Shown: positions 20,365 to 31,756, numbered from the stretch's first letter. The stretch is 64,000 nucleotides of DNA from an uncultured Planctomycetaceae bacterium (GCA_963833985.1 CAWIAD010000002.1:4992001-5056000), one strand, 5' to 3'. Notes: generated by a model from the letters alone, not told the origin. Translations and numbers: made by a program.

Positions 20365-22457
20365 TCAGCCGTTGTCGCTTCTGGAATACGGGCGGACATT
20401 CACCAGGTTATCAAAAAACGTGGCCCCTCCGCCCATGTCCGTCAGTGCCGAGGAGGTCGTGCTGTTCACGTTCGACCCACCCGGCGACAGCTTGTTCCAG
20501 TAGATTCCGGTTGCGACCGCAACCCCGGGGCGGACATTCCCGGTCAGCGCGACCCTGGCCTGGAACGACCCGCGGTCATTGAAGACCAGGGCCCACTGGC
20601 CGTCGCTCAGGCCGCGGGCCTGTGCATCATGCGCGGAGAGCTCGACGGTGGGCTCGCCGGCGGCCGCACGATGAGTGGGGCTGCTGGCGAAGGTCGAGTT
20701 GAGGAACTGCGGCCGGGGCGGGCTGAGCAGTTGCAGGGGCAGCCGCGCCGCGAGGTCGGGCCGGCCTTGCGGGTCCTCGAGCGGAGGAATGTACGTGGGC
20801 AACGGGTCCAGCCCGTCCGCCTTCATCCGCTCCGAGTAAAGCTCGCATTTGCCCGACGGCGTGGGGAAGACGCCACTGGCGAAAGGAGTGAAGTCCGCAG
20901 GGACGTTCAGCCGCACGGAACCCTCGTCCTGCAAGCGCTCGAGGGTGATTCCCGCCAGCGTCGGCCCGCCTTCGAGCACCTCTCGCATCAGCGTCTCGTC
21001 ATCCGGGAAGAGCTCCGGCTCGAAGTTCAGCCGCGCCGCCAGGGCGCGGAAGACGTCGTTGTTCGAGCGGCACTCGCCGCGCGCGGCGATGGCGCAGGGG
21101 TTGTACATCACCTCGTGGTGCCCGTACGAGCCGTGCAGATCAACGTGCTCGAGCTGCGACGTGGCCGGCAGCACGATGTCCGCGAGATCGACGGTATCCG
21201 TGGGAAACAGCTCATGGACGACCGTGAACAGGTCATCCCGGCGCAGCCCTTTCAGCACCTTCTGCTGGTTCGGCGAGACCGCGGCCGGGTTGCTGTCGTA
21301 GACGTAGAGAGCGTGCACCGGAGGGCCTGGCAATTCGCCGCAGAGCGCCTCGCCCAGCTCGTTCATGTTGATGGTGCGGGTTCCCGGCGGCGAGAGGTCG
21401 AGACGGGTGAGACTGTCCATGGCAAAGTCGTACGCGCCGCTGGTCGAGAGCAAGGCGCCGCCGCCGGGATGACGCCAGGAACCGATGATCGCCGGCAGGC
21501 AGGCGATGGTCCGCACCGCCATCCCTCCACCGCGATGGCGCTGCATGCCGTAGTTCAGGCGAATCAGCGAGGGCTGCTCGCGCGCAGCCGGCGCGCGAAG
21601 GTTTCCATGCTGCCCACGTCGACGCCCGTGATCGCAGCGACCTTTTCCGGCGGAAACTCCTCGAGCACGCGCTGGCGCAGCAGGTCCGCCCCGATGGCCG
21701 CCCGCGCGAGGTAATCGTCGTCTTGCAGTCCCTCGCGCCAGATCACGTGCATCACCCCCAGCGCCAGTGCCGCATCGGTGCCGGGACGGATCGCGATGTG
21801 CCAGTCCGAACGGCTGGCCGTCGGGCTGCGGTAGGGGTCCACCGTCACGATCGTTGCCCCGTGACGCTTGCGCGCCTCGATCATCAGGCTCCAGAGATGG
21901 CTGTTGGTGTTCGCCGTGTTCGAGCCCCAGTTGACGATGAACTTGCACCGGGGCACCGCCAGGGGATCCGCGCCCAGGCGGCCCGTTCCGACTGTGTATT
22001 CATACCCCAGCGACCCGGCCGAGGCGCAGATGGTCCGGTCCAGCTTCGAGGCGCCCAGCCGGTGGAAGAACCGGCGGTCCAGGCTGCTCGATTGCAGCTT
22101 GCCCATCGTGCCGTAATAGCTGTGCGGCAAGATCGCCTGCGGACCCTCCGCCGAAGCCGCGATGGCCGCGAACCGCCCGGCGATCGTGTCCAGCGCCTCA
22201 TCCCATGAGATCCGCTCGAACCGACCTTTCCCCCTGGCTCCCGCCCGCTTCACGGGATACAGAAGCCGGTCAGGACTGTAGACCCGCTCCAGGTAGCGCG
22301 TCATCTTGCGGCAGAGAAAACCGCGCGTGAACGGGTGGCCGGCGTCCCCCTTCAACTCCACGGCCACGCCATCCCGGACCGTGACCTTCATGCTGCACGT
22401 ATCAGGGCAGTCGAGCGGGCAGACGTTCTTGAATACGGTCAGTTCGGAGCTGGCCAA
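20365..22457 (-). CDS. Molybdopterin-dependent oxidoreductase (frameshift ~21585)
   Basis: CPLDCPDTC...GFLC Fe-S motif, RISWDEALD, WGSN, IRPGTDAALA; second ORF has ADIVLPAT and the C-terminal MopB domain. Confidence 0.92.
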
Positions 22458-22809
22458 GGGAAGCGGCCTCCAGTTCAGGGACTCTCTTGGCGACCGATCT
22501 GATTATAGGCGACGAGCCGTTGGCTTCCCACCGCGAAGCCTCGCCCTTGCGGCCGCATCGGGTTCGAGCATTCCCGGTAAACCGCGGCTCGTACGTCATC
22601 CTCAGGTCCGCCGCACGCGTATGGCACGAGCGATTGACCTCATCGTGGCGGATGGCCGGAGCTGGATGGTCGTGTTCCGGCGCATGGGTCAGCGCTTCCC
22701 GTGGTCAAGATGAGTGGGAGAGGCTTTCCCGCCAGGTGGACATGGGAGCCCGGGCGCGGCATCCTGAATTCACGACAGGCCCCGAAGGCAATTACCTGAG
22801 AGGACTCTC

Positions 22810-25274
22810 ATGCCTGAGAAACCGCCAGGGCCGGAGAAACCGCCGGCAAGCGACCGCATTCGTGATGAACTGAGCAAGGCGCTCGACCAGATCGACCGGC
22901 CCGGCACGTTCTGCACGAGCGGTACGCTGCCGGTCGTGCTGCCGGGGCTGGAGGTCAAGGGAATGGGAGCTCTCGGACTGCCGCTCGCGCGCACAGGCCG
23001 AGGAGCTCAAGGCGATGTGCGAGCAAGCACCGTACGGCAAGGGCGAGAAAACCCTGGTGGATACCAGCGTGCGCAGGGTCTGGCGGTTGAGTCCAGGCCG
23101 GTTTTCGCTGACCAACCCCGACTGGCAGCGCCTGCTTGATGAGACGTTGAAGACAGTTCAGATAAACCTGGGACTGGAGCGCCAGAAGCTGGAGGGCCAG
23201 CTTCATGAGCTGTTGCTCTACGAGCAAGGAAGTTTCTTCCTGCCGCACCGCGATGGCGAAAAGCTCGATCGCATGGTCGCGACGCTGGTCGTCATTCTTC
23301 CCTCGGTCTACGAAGGCGGGGAGCTCATCGTCCGGCACGAGGGCCAGGTGGCCACGGTCGACTTCTCGGACGTGAACGACCGCGCCTTCCGGACTCACTT
23401 TGCGGCCTTCTACGCCGATTGCGAGCACGAGATCCGCCCGCTGATGAGGGGGTACCGCCTCTGCCTGGTGTACAACCTCACGCTGGCCAGGTCGAAAAAA
23501 CCGATCAGCGCGCCGCGACCGGCAGAACACATCGAGCGCATCGTACCCTTGCTCCGTGAGTGGTCCCGACACGATGAGGCCCGCAAGCTGGTGGTCACGC
23601 TTGATCACGAGTACACGAAGGATGGTCTGACGTGGGACAAGCTCAAGGGCGTCGATCGGGCCAAGGCCCATGTGCTCGGCGCAGCGGCGCGGCAGTCGGA
23701 TTGCAAGGCATACCTCGCACTGCTGACCCTGTGGGAATCTGGCTCGGCAGTTGACGACGGCTACGAATACGGATATCGCAGCCGTCGTCGCTGGCAATAC
23801 GACGAGGATGAGGATGAGGACGCTGGCGGAGGCACACACGAGATGGACGAGGTCTTCGAATCGAGCCTCACCGCCAAGCAGTGGAACGACATGGAAGGCC
23901 GGCCCATACCGATCCCGTCGCTCCGCATCGACGAGGACGAACTCCTGGACCCGAGCGCCGTCAGGGACGTGGAGCCGGAAGAGCAGTTCGAGGGTTACAC
24001 GGGCAACGCGGGGATGACGCTCGAGCGCTGGTATCGCCATGCAGCGGTCATCCTCTGGCCGGAGCGCAAACACTTTGAAGTCCTTTGTGATGGCAATGGA
24101 CGGCAGGTAGTACCCCTGCTCAAGCAGATGGTGGACCAATGGAAGAAAGCCGGCCCGAGGAATGCACCCGCACAGAAGGAGCAATGTCTCGCGCTGGCCA
24201 GCGCAATCCTCAAGACCTGGCCAGAGAGCCTTGACCGATACACACACGGATACGGTGACCATTCCAGGCCTGAGCAGGAAAGTGACAACCTGCTGCGCCT
24301 GCTCGAGATCCTTGGCGATGAGCAACTCATCGCCCGCTATGTCACCGATGTCCTGAGCAAGGATCCCGCGGCCGACCCAGGGAAGTCGCTGGTGAGCGTG
24401 TGCGCAAAACATGGCTGGGAAGGCTTCCGGCCACAGCTCGAAGCGCTCCTTCAAAGCACGAGCGCCGGCACGGTGGAAAGGAACGTCGGATTGCTCGAGG
24501 AGATTTGCCAATCCAAGGAGCGCAAGAAGGGAGCGCCGGCCGAGTTCTGCGTATCAGCATCGAGCGCGCTGGTCTCCGCTCTGGAAACGATCGACCAGGG
24601 TAAACCCGCTCATGACTGGCGCCTGACGCACATCGACCGGGCGAAGCTCCTCACCGGACTGGTCCGGGCCCTGGTGGTGACCGGACAGTTCGAGCTGCTG
24701 GAACGCGTGCTTGCGCAGCGCGCTGGGCCTGCCGCAGAAGTACCCGCTCAAGACCGCTCATCTTCCCGCACTCATCAGCCTGGGGCCGTGGCTGAAGCAG
24801 CATCTCCAGCACCCGCCCGTGGCATTGACACGCTGGATTGCCGCCTGCCGCGGGCAGCTCCAGGATCTGACCGCGGAGGCACCGCGGGAGCCCAGCGACT
24901 TTCGCCGCACCGCCACGATCAAATGCAAGTGCGGGGACTGCACCGAACTGAAGCGTTTCCTGGAGGATCCAGACGCCCCGGCGTACCGCTTCAGCATGCG
25001 GGAAGAACGTCGTCGCCACCTCCAGGCCGAGATCTCCGAGTATCAGGCCGACCTGCATATGACCACCGATCGCAGCCGATCGCCCCACACGCTTGTCTGC
25101 ACCAAGACCACAGCGTCGTACCAGGCGGAGCGACGGACCAACGAGCAGGACCTCGAATCACTCGCGGCAGTGCGGGCCATCGAGGACAGCCTGGGGGATG
25201 CAACAACGGCAGCCACGGAGCCGGTGAAAAGGCGGCGCAAGAGTCGGCCATCGGCACCATCAGGGTCCGCATGA
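22810..25274 (+). CDS. Large 2OG-Fe(II) oxygenase-domain protein (frameshifts ~22990, ~24712)
   Basis: LLYEQGSFFLPHRDGEK (HxD), FYADCEHEIRPLMRGYRLCLVYNL, EGYTGNAG; C-terminal CKCGDC...RHL...HTLVCTKT in ORF 24711-25274. Confidence 0.85.
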
Positions 25275-25275
25275 A

Positions 25276-26541
25276 TCAGGAGAGCAGCTCCCGGATCGGC
25301 TTCCCTGCGCTCAGCTTCACCGGCCGGCCGGTGAGCGGAGCGATGTTTTCCTTGACGGGGTCGATGCCCAGGGCCTTCAGCACGGTGGCGTGAACATCCT
25401 CGACGGTCGTGGGCGAGGTGGGGGTCTTCGAGCCCTCGGGATCGGTGGCTCCCACGACGTGACCGCCCCGCAGACCGCCGCCGGCCAGAGCGAGGCTGAA
25501 CCCGGTGGGCCAGTGGTCGCGGCCGGCGAAGGGGTTGATCTTCGGCGTGCGGCCGAACTCGCCGCAGCAGAGCACCACCGTCCGCTCCAGCAACCGCCGG
25601 CGCTTCAGGTCGGCCAGGAGCGCGGCGAACGCCGGATCAAGCTGCTTGATGAGCTTGCGATGCTGCTCGTGGTTGTTGACGTGCGTATCCCAGCCGTCGA
25701 GCGTCACCTCGACGCAGCGCACGCCGGCCTCGATCAGTCGGCGGGCGGCCAGACAGCCGCGGCCAAAGGGGCTATCACCGTACTCCGCCAGCACGCCGGC
25801 CGGCTCCTGCGCCACGTCGAACGCCTTGAGCTGCTCGGACGTCATCATCACACGCGCCCGGGCCACGGTCTCGCGATGCAGGGTGGTCGACACCCGCCTG
25901 GAGCGGGTCCGGGAGAAGGCACGCTCGACGACGTCCAGGTCCTGCACACGGGCCAGCTCACGCGCGCCTTTGATGGGCGAGAGCACGTCGGGCAGGGTCT
26001 CCTTCGGATCGCCAACCAGGAATGCGTCGTATTCGCCGCCGAGGTAGCCGCCCCGGCTGGGCCAGCGGCCGGCGAGGATGGAGATGTGTCGCGGGATGTC
26101 GGTCCGGCCCACGGGCAGCTCATGGCAGCACACGGCCCCGATGGAGGGGTGGACGACCGTGGGATCGGGCCGGTAGCCCGTCTTCATCATGTAGGTCCCG
26201 CGCTCGTGGTCCCCCTCCTTGCTGACCATCGAACGGACCAGCGTGAGCGAGGCCATCTGTTCGGCCAGCCGCTCGCAGCCCTCGGCCAGTTGAATGCCCT
26301 GCACCGCCGTGGCGATCGCCTTCGTGCCGCCGGCGATGACCGTGCCGGGATGGGGATCGAAGGTCTCGAGCTGGCTCGGCCCGCCCCCCATCCACAGCAG
26401 GATCAAGGACCGGGCCGGTGCGCGGGACTGCTCGGCGTCGCGCGCCAGCAACTGCCCCAGAGGTGTCAGCCAGCTCAGACCCGCAAGGGTCAGGAAACGA
26501 CGGCGATCGAAGGCCGGAACGGATGACATTCCCATTGCCAT
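25276..26541 (-). CDS. DUF1501 protein
   Basis: Tat-like RRRFL, WMGGGPSQLETFDP, LAARRLIEAGV, WDTH, GEFGRTP, GRDHW. Confidence 0.95.
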   Translation of the reverse strand: MAMGMSSVPAFDRRRFLTLAGLSWLTPLGQLLARDAEQSRAPARSLILLWMGGGPSQLETFDPHPGTVIAGGTKAIATAVQGIQLAEGCERLAEQMASLTLVRSMVSKEGDHERGTYMMKTGYRPDPTVVHPSIGAVCCHELPVGRTDIPRHISILAGRWPSRGGYLGGEYDAFLVGDPKETLPDVLSPIKGARELARVQDLDVVERAFSRTRSRRVSTTLHRETVARARVMMTSEQLKAFDVAQEPAGVLAEYGDSPFGRGCLAARRLIEAGVRCVEVTLDGWDTHVNNHEQHRKLIKQLDPAFAALLADLKRRRLLERTVVLCCGEFGRTPKINPFAGRDHWPTGFSLALAGGGLRGGHVVGATDPEGSKTPTSPTTVEDVHATVLKALGIDPVKENIAPLTGRPVKLSAGKPIRELLS

Positions 26542-26572
26542 GGAGAGGTCCTCGGAGTGACTCCGGCGCGGC

Positions 26573-28183
26573 TCAGTGGTTCCAGGAAAACTCGGTCGAA
26601 TTGATCAGCGTCCAGAACAGGTCCGTCAAACGCTCTTTCCGCTCCTGGCTCTTGGTGCCGGCGAGCCGGCCCTCGAAGTGCGATCGCTCGTCGGGCGTGG
26701 GCCGGCGGGTGAGGACGGTCAGATACGCCACTTCCACGGCCTTCTGGTCGTCGGGCGCCTGCTCGGCGATCCGCCGCGAGGCATTGAAGAAGTCGTCCTT
26801 GGTCTTGTCGCGCACGAGCTGGCCGTTCATGAGCAAGAGGCGTTGCGGGATCGTGCCGCCGGCGGGGGCAAACTCGTCCTCACCCGCATCGCCGTAGCGG
26901 CGCACGAAGTCATTGCGGCCCGTGTAGGCGGCGAAACGGACGATCCAGGGCGATTGCGGGCCCAGCGTGGGGAGCGAGCCGGCCTGGAAGATCGACCCGG
27001 CCACCTGCTCGGGACGCAGCCGCGTGAGGGGAAAGCTGTCCCAGGTGTCTTCGGACTGAGCGTCGGCCTCCGACTGAGCGGTGTCGGCACTATCGAGGTG
27101 GAACAGCTCGGTCGCGGCCATGATCCGGATGAGACGGTGCAGGTCAAAGTGGTGCGCGGTGAAATCGGCCGCGAGCGTCTCGAGCACCGGCGGCAACTCG
27201 CCGGCCACGGGTATGTCGTCAATCGGGTCGACCAGGGGCCGGCCAAATACGATTGCCCAGAGCCGGTTGACCGTGGCGCGGGCCAGGTTCGGGTTGGCCG
27301 GGTCGGTGATCCAGGCGGCGAGCCGCCGGCGCGGGTTCTCGCCGCCAGGCAACAGCTCGGGACGGAACGGCACGCGCGGCTCGACCGTCGTCGCCTCCTT
27401 CGTCTTGCGGTCGAGCGGATGATAGGCGCTCTCGCCGTCGCGGACCCCGCGCAAGTTGGAGTGAACGCTGCCGAAGAAGGCGGCCAGACCGCGGAAATCG
27501 GCCTGTTTCCAGGGCTGGAACGGGTGATCGTGGCACTGGGCACAGTCCAGGCGGATGCCGAGAAAGGCGCGCGAGACCCGCGCGGCCAGGCGTTCGGGGT
27601 CGGGCAGCTCGGTCTCCTCGCTGATCGTCACGGAGATGAAGTTCGTGGCCGGATGGTCCGTCCACAATCCCTCGTCGGCCACCAGGTCGCGGACCACCGC
27701 GTCATAAGGCCGATTCTCCAAAATCGCATCGCTCAGCCAGGTGGTGAACCGGCGGCGGCGGAACTTCACGAACGGCCCGTCCTCGACGCCCACAAGCGCC
27801 CGGGCGAACCGCTCGGCCAGGTAATCGGCCGTGCGGCGGTCGCGCAGCAGGACCTCCAGCCAGCCTTCGATGCGGCCCTCCACAGCCAGCGCCTCGAACT
27901 GGCGGATCTCTTCGAGCGCAGGGATCGAGCCCGTGAGAGCCAGCGAAAGCCGGCGCATCAGGGCAAGCTCGGTGGCCGGCGGTGCGGGTCGGACGCCCTT
28001 GTCCACCCAGCGCTGCTCCAGGATCCTGTTCACCTCGACGACGACCGGCAGCCGCTCGGCCAGCGCGCCGGGCCGGCCGGACGCAGGCGGGGGAGCCGGC
28101 ACCGGTGACCGCAAGGCGCCTCGGGCCAGGGCCAGACCACCGCCCAGGACCACGCTGATGAAGATCAGGTCGCGTAATCGCAT
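26573..28183 (-). CDS. DUF1549/DUF1553 (PSD1) domain protein
   Basis: RRLSLALTGSIP, FLGIRLDCAQCHDHPF, VNRLW, DLFWTLINSTEFSWNH. Confidence 0.93.
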   Translation of the reverse strand: MRLRDLIFISVVLGGGLALARGALRSPVPAPPPASGRPGALAERLPVVVEVNRILEQRWVDKGVRPAPPATELALMRRLSLALTGSIPALEEIRQFEALAVEGRIEGWLEVLLRDRRTADYLAERFARALVGVEDGPFVKFRRRRFTTWLSDAILENRPYDAVVRDLVADEGLWTDHPATNFISVTISEETELPDPERLAARVSRAFLGIRLDCAQCHDHPFQPWKQADFRGLAAFFGSVHSNLRGVRDGESAYHPLDRKTKEATTVEPRVPFRPELLPGGENPRRRLAAWITDPANPNLARATVNRLWAIVFGRPLVDPIDDIPVAGELPPVLETLAADFTAHHFDLHRLIRIMAATELFHLDSADTAQSEADAQSEDTWDSFPLTRLRPEQVAGSIFQAGSLPTLGPQSPWIVRFAAYTGRNDFVRRYGDAGEDEFAPAGGTIPQRLLLMNGQLVRDKTKDDFFNASRRIAEQAPDDQKAVEVAYLTVLTRRPTPDERSHFEGRLAGTKSQERKERLTDLFWTLINSTEFSWNH

Positions 28184-28325
28184 GTCCGCCGCCTCCCCGG
28201 AACAGGTGCATCATAGCAAACTACCCAGGCTTCGTGCCTCGCGTTTCAGGAAACCGCGAAACATGCCACCTGCCCGGGCAAAGCCATCTTGAAACCCGCC
28301 CGCCAACCGGCGAGTAATAAAATGC

Positions 28326-29513
28326 ATGGACGAGACAACGGTCCTCGAACTGGCACCTCCCGAACAAGCCCGTACGGCACCGCCGGAACCGCGGCGGCGC
28401 TGGGCCGCGCGTCTGCGCTTCGACATCGGTCGCCTGGCACGGCGCTTCGGCTCGGGGCTCGAATGGCTCTTCGGGCTGGGCTGGCTGGTGGTGGGGCTCT
28501 CCGTGCTGGCCGCTTTGCCGGTTGCGCAGTTCGTCAGCCTGGGGTATTTCCTCGAATCGTCGGCTCGGGTGGCACGCACCGGCCGGCTGCGCGACGGCGT
28601 CATCGGAGTGCGCCGGGCCGCCAGGGCCGGCGGAGTCGCCCTTGGCATGGTCCTCTCCCTGGTCCCCCTCTTCCTGGTGGGCTCGTACGCGCAGACGGCC
28701 GCGCTCATCGATCCCGGCGGCGCCGTGGCGGGTCGCTGGCGGTGGATCCTTGGCATCGTGGCGGCGCTCACGTTCGTCCAGATCACCACGGCCTGCGCAC
28801 GCGGAGGACGGCTGCGGCATTTCCTCTGGCCACTGGGTATGCCTGGCTGGCTGGTGCGCGGACTGAAACAGGGAGGCCTGTACGCGCAGGCTCGCGACGG
28901 CTTCTGGGACTTCGTCGCCGCGCTGCGCCTGCCCTATTACTTCCGGCTCGGCCTGGTCGGCTTTCTCGGCACCCTGACGTGGCTGGCCCTGCCGGCGGGC
29001 CTGATCGCGGCCAGCCGCGCTTACCCGCTGCTCGGCTTTGTGGGGGCGTTGCTGCTGGCGTTCGTGGCGCCGTCCTTGCCATTTCTCCAGGTCCGCTACG
29101 CGGTCGAGGGCCGCGCCGGGGCCCTCTTTTCCCTGGGCTCGATCCGCGAGCGATTCCGCCGCGCTCCGTGGGCCTTCGCCTTCTCACTCATGGTGCTGCT
29201 ACTGGCATCAGTTCCTCTCTATCTGTTGAAGATCGAGATGATCCCGCGCGAGGCCGCATGGCTGCCGAGCTTGGTCTTCGTGGTCTTCCTGGCACCCGCT
29301 CACGTCCTGGTCGGCTGGGCGTACGCGCGCTCGTGGCGGCGCTACCGGCCGCGCCACTTCCTGGTTCGCGCCCTGGGCCGCCTGGCGATCATCCCCGTCT
29401 CGCTCTTCTACGTGCTGGTCGTCGTTCTGGCCCAGTACACCTCCTGGGGCGGCGTCTGGAGCCTCTTCGAGCAGCACGCCTTCCTGCTGCCGGTGCCGTT
29501 TTTCAGCATGTGA
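28326..29513 (+). CDS. Hypothetical multi-pass membrane protein (DUF4013-like, tentative)
   Basis: 395-aa ORF with many hydrophobic segments. Confidence 0.7.
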   Translation: MDETTVLELAPPEQARTAPPEPRRRWAARLRFDIGRLARRFGSGLEWLFGLGWLVVGLSVLAALPVAQFVSLGYFLESSARVARTGRLRDGVIGVRRAARAGGVALGMVLSLVPLFLVGSYAQTAALIDPGGAVAGRWRWILGIVAALTFVQITTACARGGRLRHFLWPLGMPGWLVRGLKQGGLYAQARDGFWDFVAALRLPYYFRLGLVGFLGTLTWLALPAGLIAASRAYPLLGFVGALLLAFVAPSLPFLQVRYAVEGRAGALFSLGSIRERFRRAPWAFAFSLMVLLLASVPLYLLKIEMIPREAAWLPSLVFVVFLAPAHVLVGWAYARSWRRYRPRHFLVRALGRLAIIPVSLFYVLVVVLAQYTSWGGVWSLFEQHAFLLPVPFFSM

Positions 29514-29640
29514 TGCGCTGCCGGCCGCGGGCACTGAGTACGGCAGGCCCTTGATCGCCGTTCCCGGTTCATGCAGAATTCTTGCGTTTTCCCGGCAATC
29601 GCACAACCGCTCAACCGCCCCGGCCCAGCGAGACCATCCC

Positions 29641-30252
29641 ATGGCACAGCGCGACGATCGTATCGACGCTTACATCGCCAGGTCCGCCGAGTTCGCCCAG
29701 CCGATTCTCACGCACCTGCGGGCAATCGTCCACGAAGCTTGCCCGGACGTCGAAGAGACAATGAAGTGGAGCTTCCCCCATTTCCAGTACCAGGGAATGA
29801 TGTGCAGCATGGCGGCGTTCAAGGAGCATTGTGCCTTCAACTTCTGGAAAAGCTCACTCATCGTCGAATGGGGCGGGGAACCGGTCGAGAAGGCCATGGG
29901 CCAGTTCGGGCGTGTCACCAGGGTCGCCGACCTGCCGTCCAGGAAGGTCCTCATCAGCTACGTCAAGCAGGCCATGAAGCTCAACGAGGAAGGCGTCAAG
30001 TCTCCGACCCGGACCAAGCCCAGGGACAAGGCGCCCAGGGAAGTGATGGTCCCCGAGGACCTGGCGGCCGCCCTGGCGGCCAGCAGTGCGGCACAGGCCT
30101 CTTTCGAGAAATTCAGCCCCAGCCATCGCCGCGAATACATCGAGTGGATCACCGAGGCGAAGACCGAGGCGACACGAACCCGGCGGATCGCTCAGGCGGT
30201 GGAGTGGATGGCGGAGGGCAAGCCGCGCAACTGGAAGTACATGAACTGCTAG
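29641..30252 (+). CDS. YdeI/OmpD-associated family (DUF1801) protein
   Basis: RIDAYIA...VHEACPDVEETMKWSFPHF; PSHRREYIEWITEAKTEATR; GKPRNWKY. Confidence 0.93.
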   Translation: MAQRDDRIDAYIARSAEFAQPILTHLRAIVHEACPDVEETMKWSFPHFQYQGMMCSMAAFKEHCAFNFWKSSLIVEWGGEPVEKAMGQFGRVTRVADLPSRKVLISYVKQAMKLNEEGVKSPTRTKPRDKAPREVMVPEDLAAALAASSAAQASFEKFSPSHRREYIEWITEAKTEATRTRRIAQAVEWMAEGKPRNWKYMNC

Positions 30253-30369
30253 CGCACGCCGGAAGCGTCCTCCAGACGCCCTCGTACGCAACGTGCACCA
30301 CCCGGCGGGGAGATTTGCTCGTCTTCACTCATGAGCGGTTAATTCTCCCTTCTCCCGGATCCTGGACTC

Positions 30370-30525
30370 GGGTGCGTCGAGCTTGCGACTGTGCGACGAC
30401 GCACCGACTGTGCGGTACTCGGGAAATCGGTGCGTCTTTACGACGCACCCTACATTGCTCATGGGATGGCATCGGTAGGAAGTGAAGCAGGATGCGTCGA
30501 GCCTGGACGACGCACCGACTGTGCA
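30370..30525. repeat. GTAG-type REP/REPIN cluster (three hairpins)
   Basis: GGTGCGTCG...CGACGCACC (30371-30405); GGTGCGTC-tttac-GACGCACC-CTAC (30429-30453, GTAG foot on - strand); GATGCGTCGA...CGACGCACCGACTGTGC (~30491-30524). Confidence 0.75.
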
Positions 30526-30656
30526 GGCCACGGTCTGTCCTTCCCTTTTCTTTCCCGAGTGTCGGGCCTTGCTAGTCCAATCTTTCGGCCTGATACTAAC
30601 CGAGTTGTCTCTATTCCAGGCTAGTCGGAACAGGGGTCCCCTGAGCGTGAGAGCCT

Positions 30657-31391
30657 ATGATGAAACGCGTGCTTCTGCGAGGACTTTTCGGATGGGTGGT
30701 GGTTGTCGCTCTGGTTGGGGGGTCGCTCTTCGCTCAGGGGATTCAGAGGCAAGGACCGCCCGTTCAAGACGATGAAACATCAGAATCCTTCCGTGAAAAA
30801 GTATGGCTCACGCTTCTAGACAAGGGGCTGATCGGGGGACTAGTGTTGCTCGCCGGGATATTCATTCAACGGGCTCTCGAAAGTTTTAAGAACGACCTGA
30901 ACTTGAAGAACCTCTATTCCAACTGGCGATGGGCCAGGAACGCGGCTCTTCTAGAGAAGATCGGAAACGCTGCGGCTGATCTGACGCAGAAGCTTGCCGC
31001 CGGAGTTCATGCAATGGCATGGTTGACTTGGCAAGCGAAATACAACCCGCATGCATTCTCGCAGGACCTAATCAAGGAATACGACATCGAGATGAAGGCC
31101 CTGCTTCCTTCATTCGTCGCGAGCCGTGTGCTAGTGGCCGTCGTGAGCAAGACAACGAGTAACAGGTTGAAACCACTGGTGGACGACCTCCTGGATTGGG
31201 ACAGGAAGATCGCCATCACTTGCACCAAGTTCAGTGAGTCACCCGAGGTTTGCAAGAAGGAACTAGCAGATTATCATCCGGACATTGTGAAATTTGATGA
31301 TAAGATACTGAGTGAAGTGGCTGACTTGATCGCCACCTGGCCGTCGATCGAGTCCGAGGCGCGAGCCGATGGGATGGCCGTTCGAGGATAG
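30657..31391 (+). CDS. Hypothetical membrane-anchored protein, lower GC than flanks
   Basis: 244-aa ORF with signal/TM segments; visibly AT-richer codon use. Confidence 0.7.
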   Translation: MMKRVLLRGLFGWVVVVALVGGSLFAQGIQRQGPPVQDDETSESFREKVWLTLLDKGLIGGLVLLAGIFIQRALESFKNDLNLKNLYSNWRWARNAALLEKIGNAAADLTQKLAAGVHAMAWLTWQAKYNPHAFSQDLIKEYDIEMKALLPSFVASRVLVAVVSKTTSNRLKPLVDDLLDWDRKIAITCTKFSESPEVCKKELADYHPDIVKFDDKILSEVADLIATWPSIESEARADGMAVRG

Positions 31392-31573
31392 TTCCGAGGA
31401 TAAAAGCGGTTAGGCTGGATAGGACCGTGTCAGAAAGGCCAATACTAGAGTATTAAGTGAACACTCGCACCTCTCCGCTTTGCAAGCGCGCTCCACCGAG
31501 AATGACCGCCAGACAATCTTGCCCACAATCCCCAATATCGCCTTGACCCGACGGAAAAAATGAAAATAACTGT

Positions 31574-31755
31574 CTAAAGTAAGAGTCGCAGGCAGATGAG
31601 CGAGCACGCCAGTGACATCCAGCCGCGCTGGACCTCGGGCAAGCGGTCCCACCTCACCCGGAGGCGACCGTATTGATGGAGCCACGACAGCGTCCGCTCG
31701 ACGTACCAACGGGTCTTCCCCAGGCCGGTACCGTGGGGCGTCCCTCGCTGCGCCA
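31574..31755 (-). pseudogene. IS5-family transposase C-terminal fragment
   Basis: RGTPHGTGLGKTRWYVERTLSWLHQYGRLRVRWDR matches the IS5-family R-W-x-V-E-R-x-x-x-W signature; no N-terminal part. Confidence 0.85.
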
Positions 31756-31756
31756 G

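Noticed and set aside
22621..22640. TGGCACGAGCGATTGA sigma54-like site
   Set aside because: Wrong spacing and no GC at -12.
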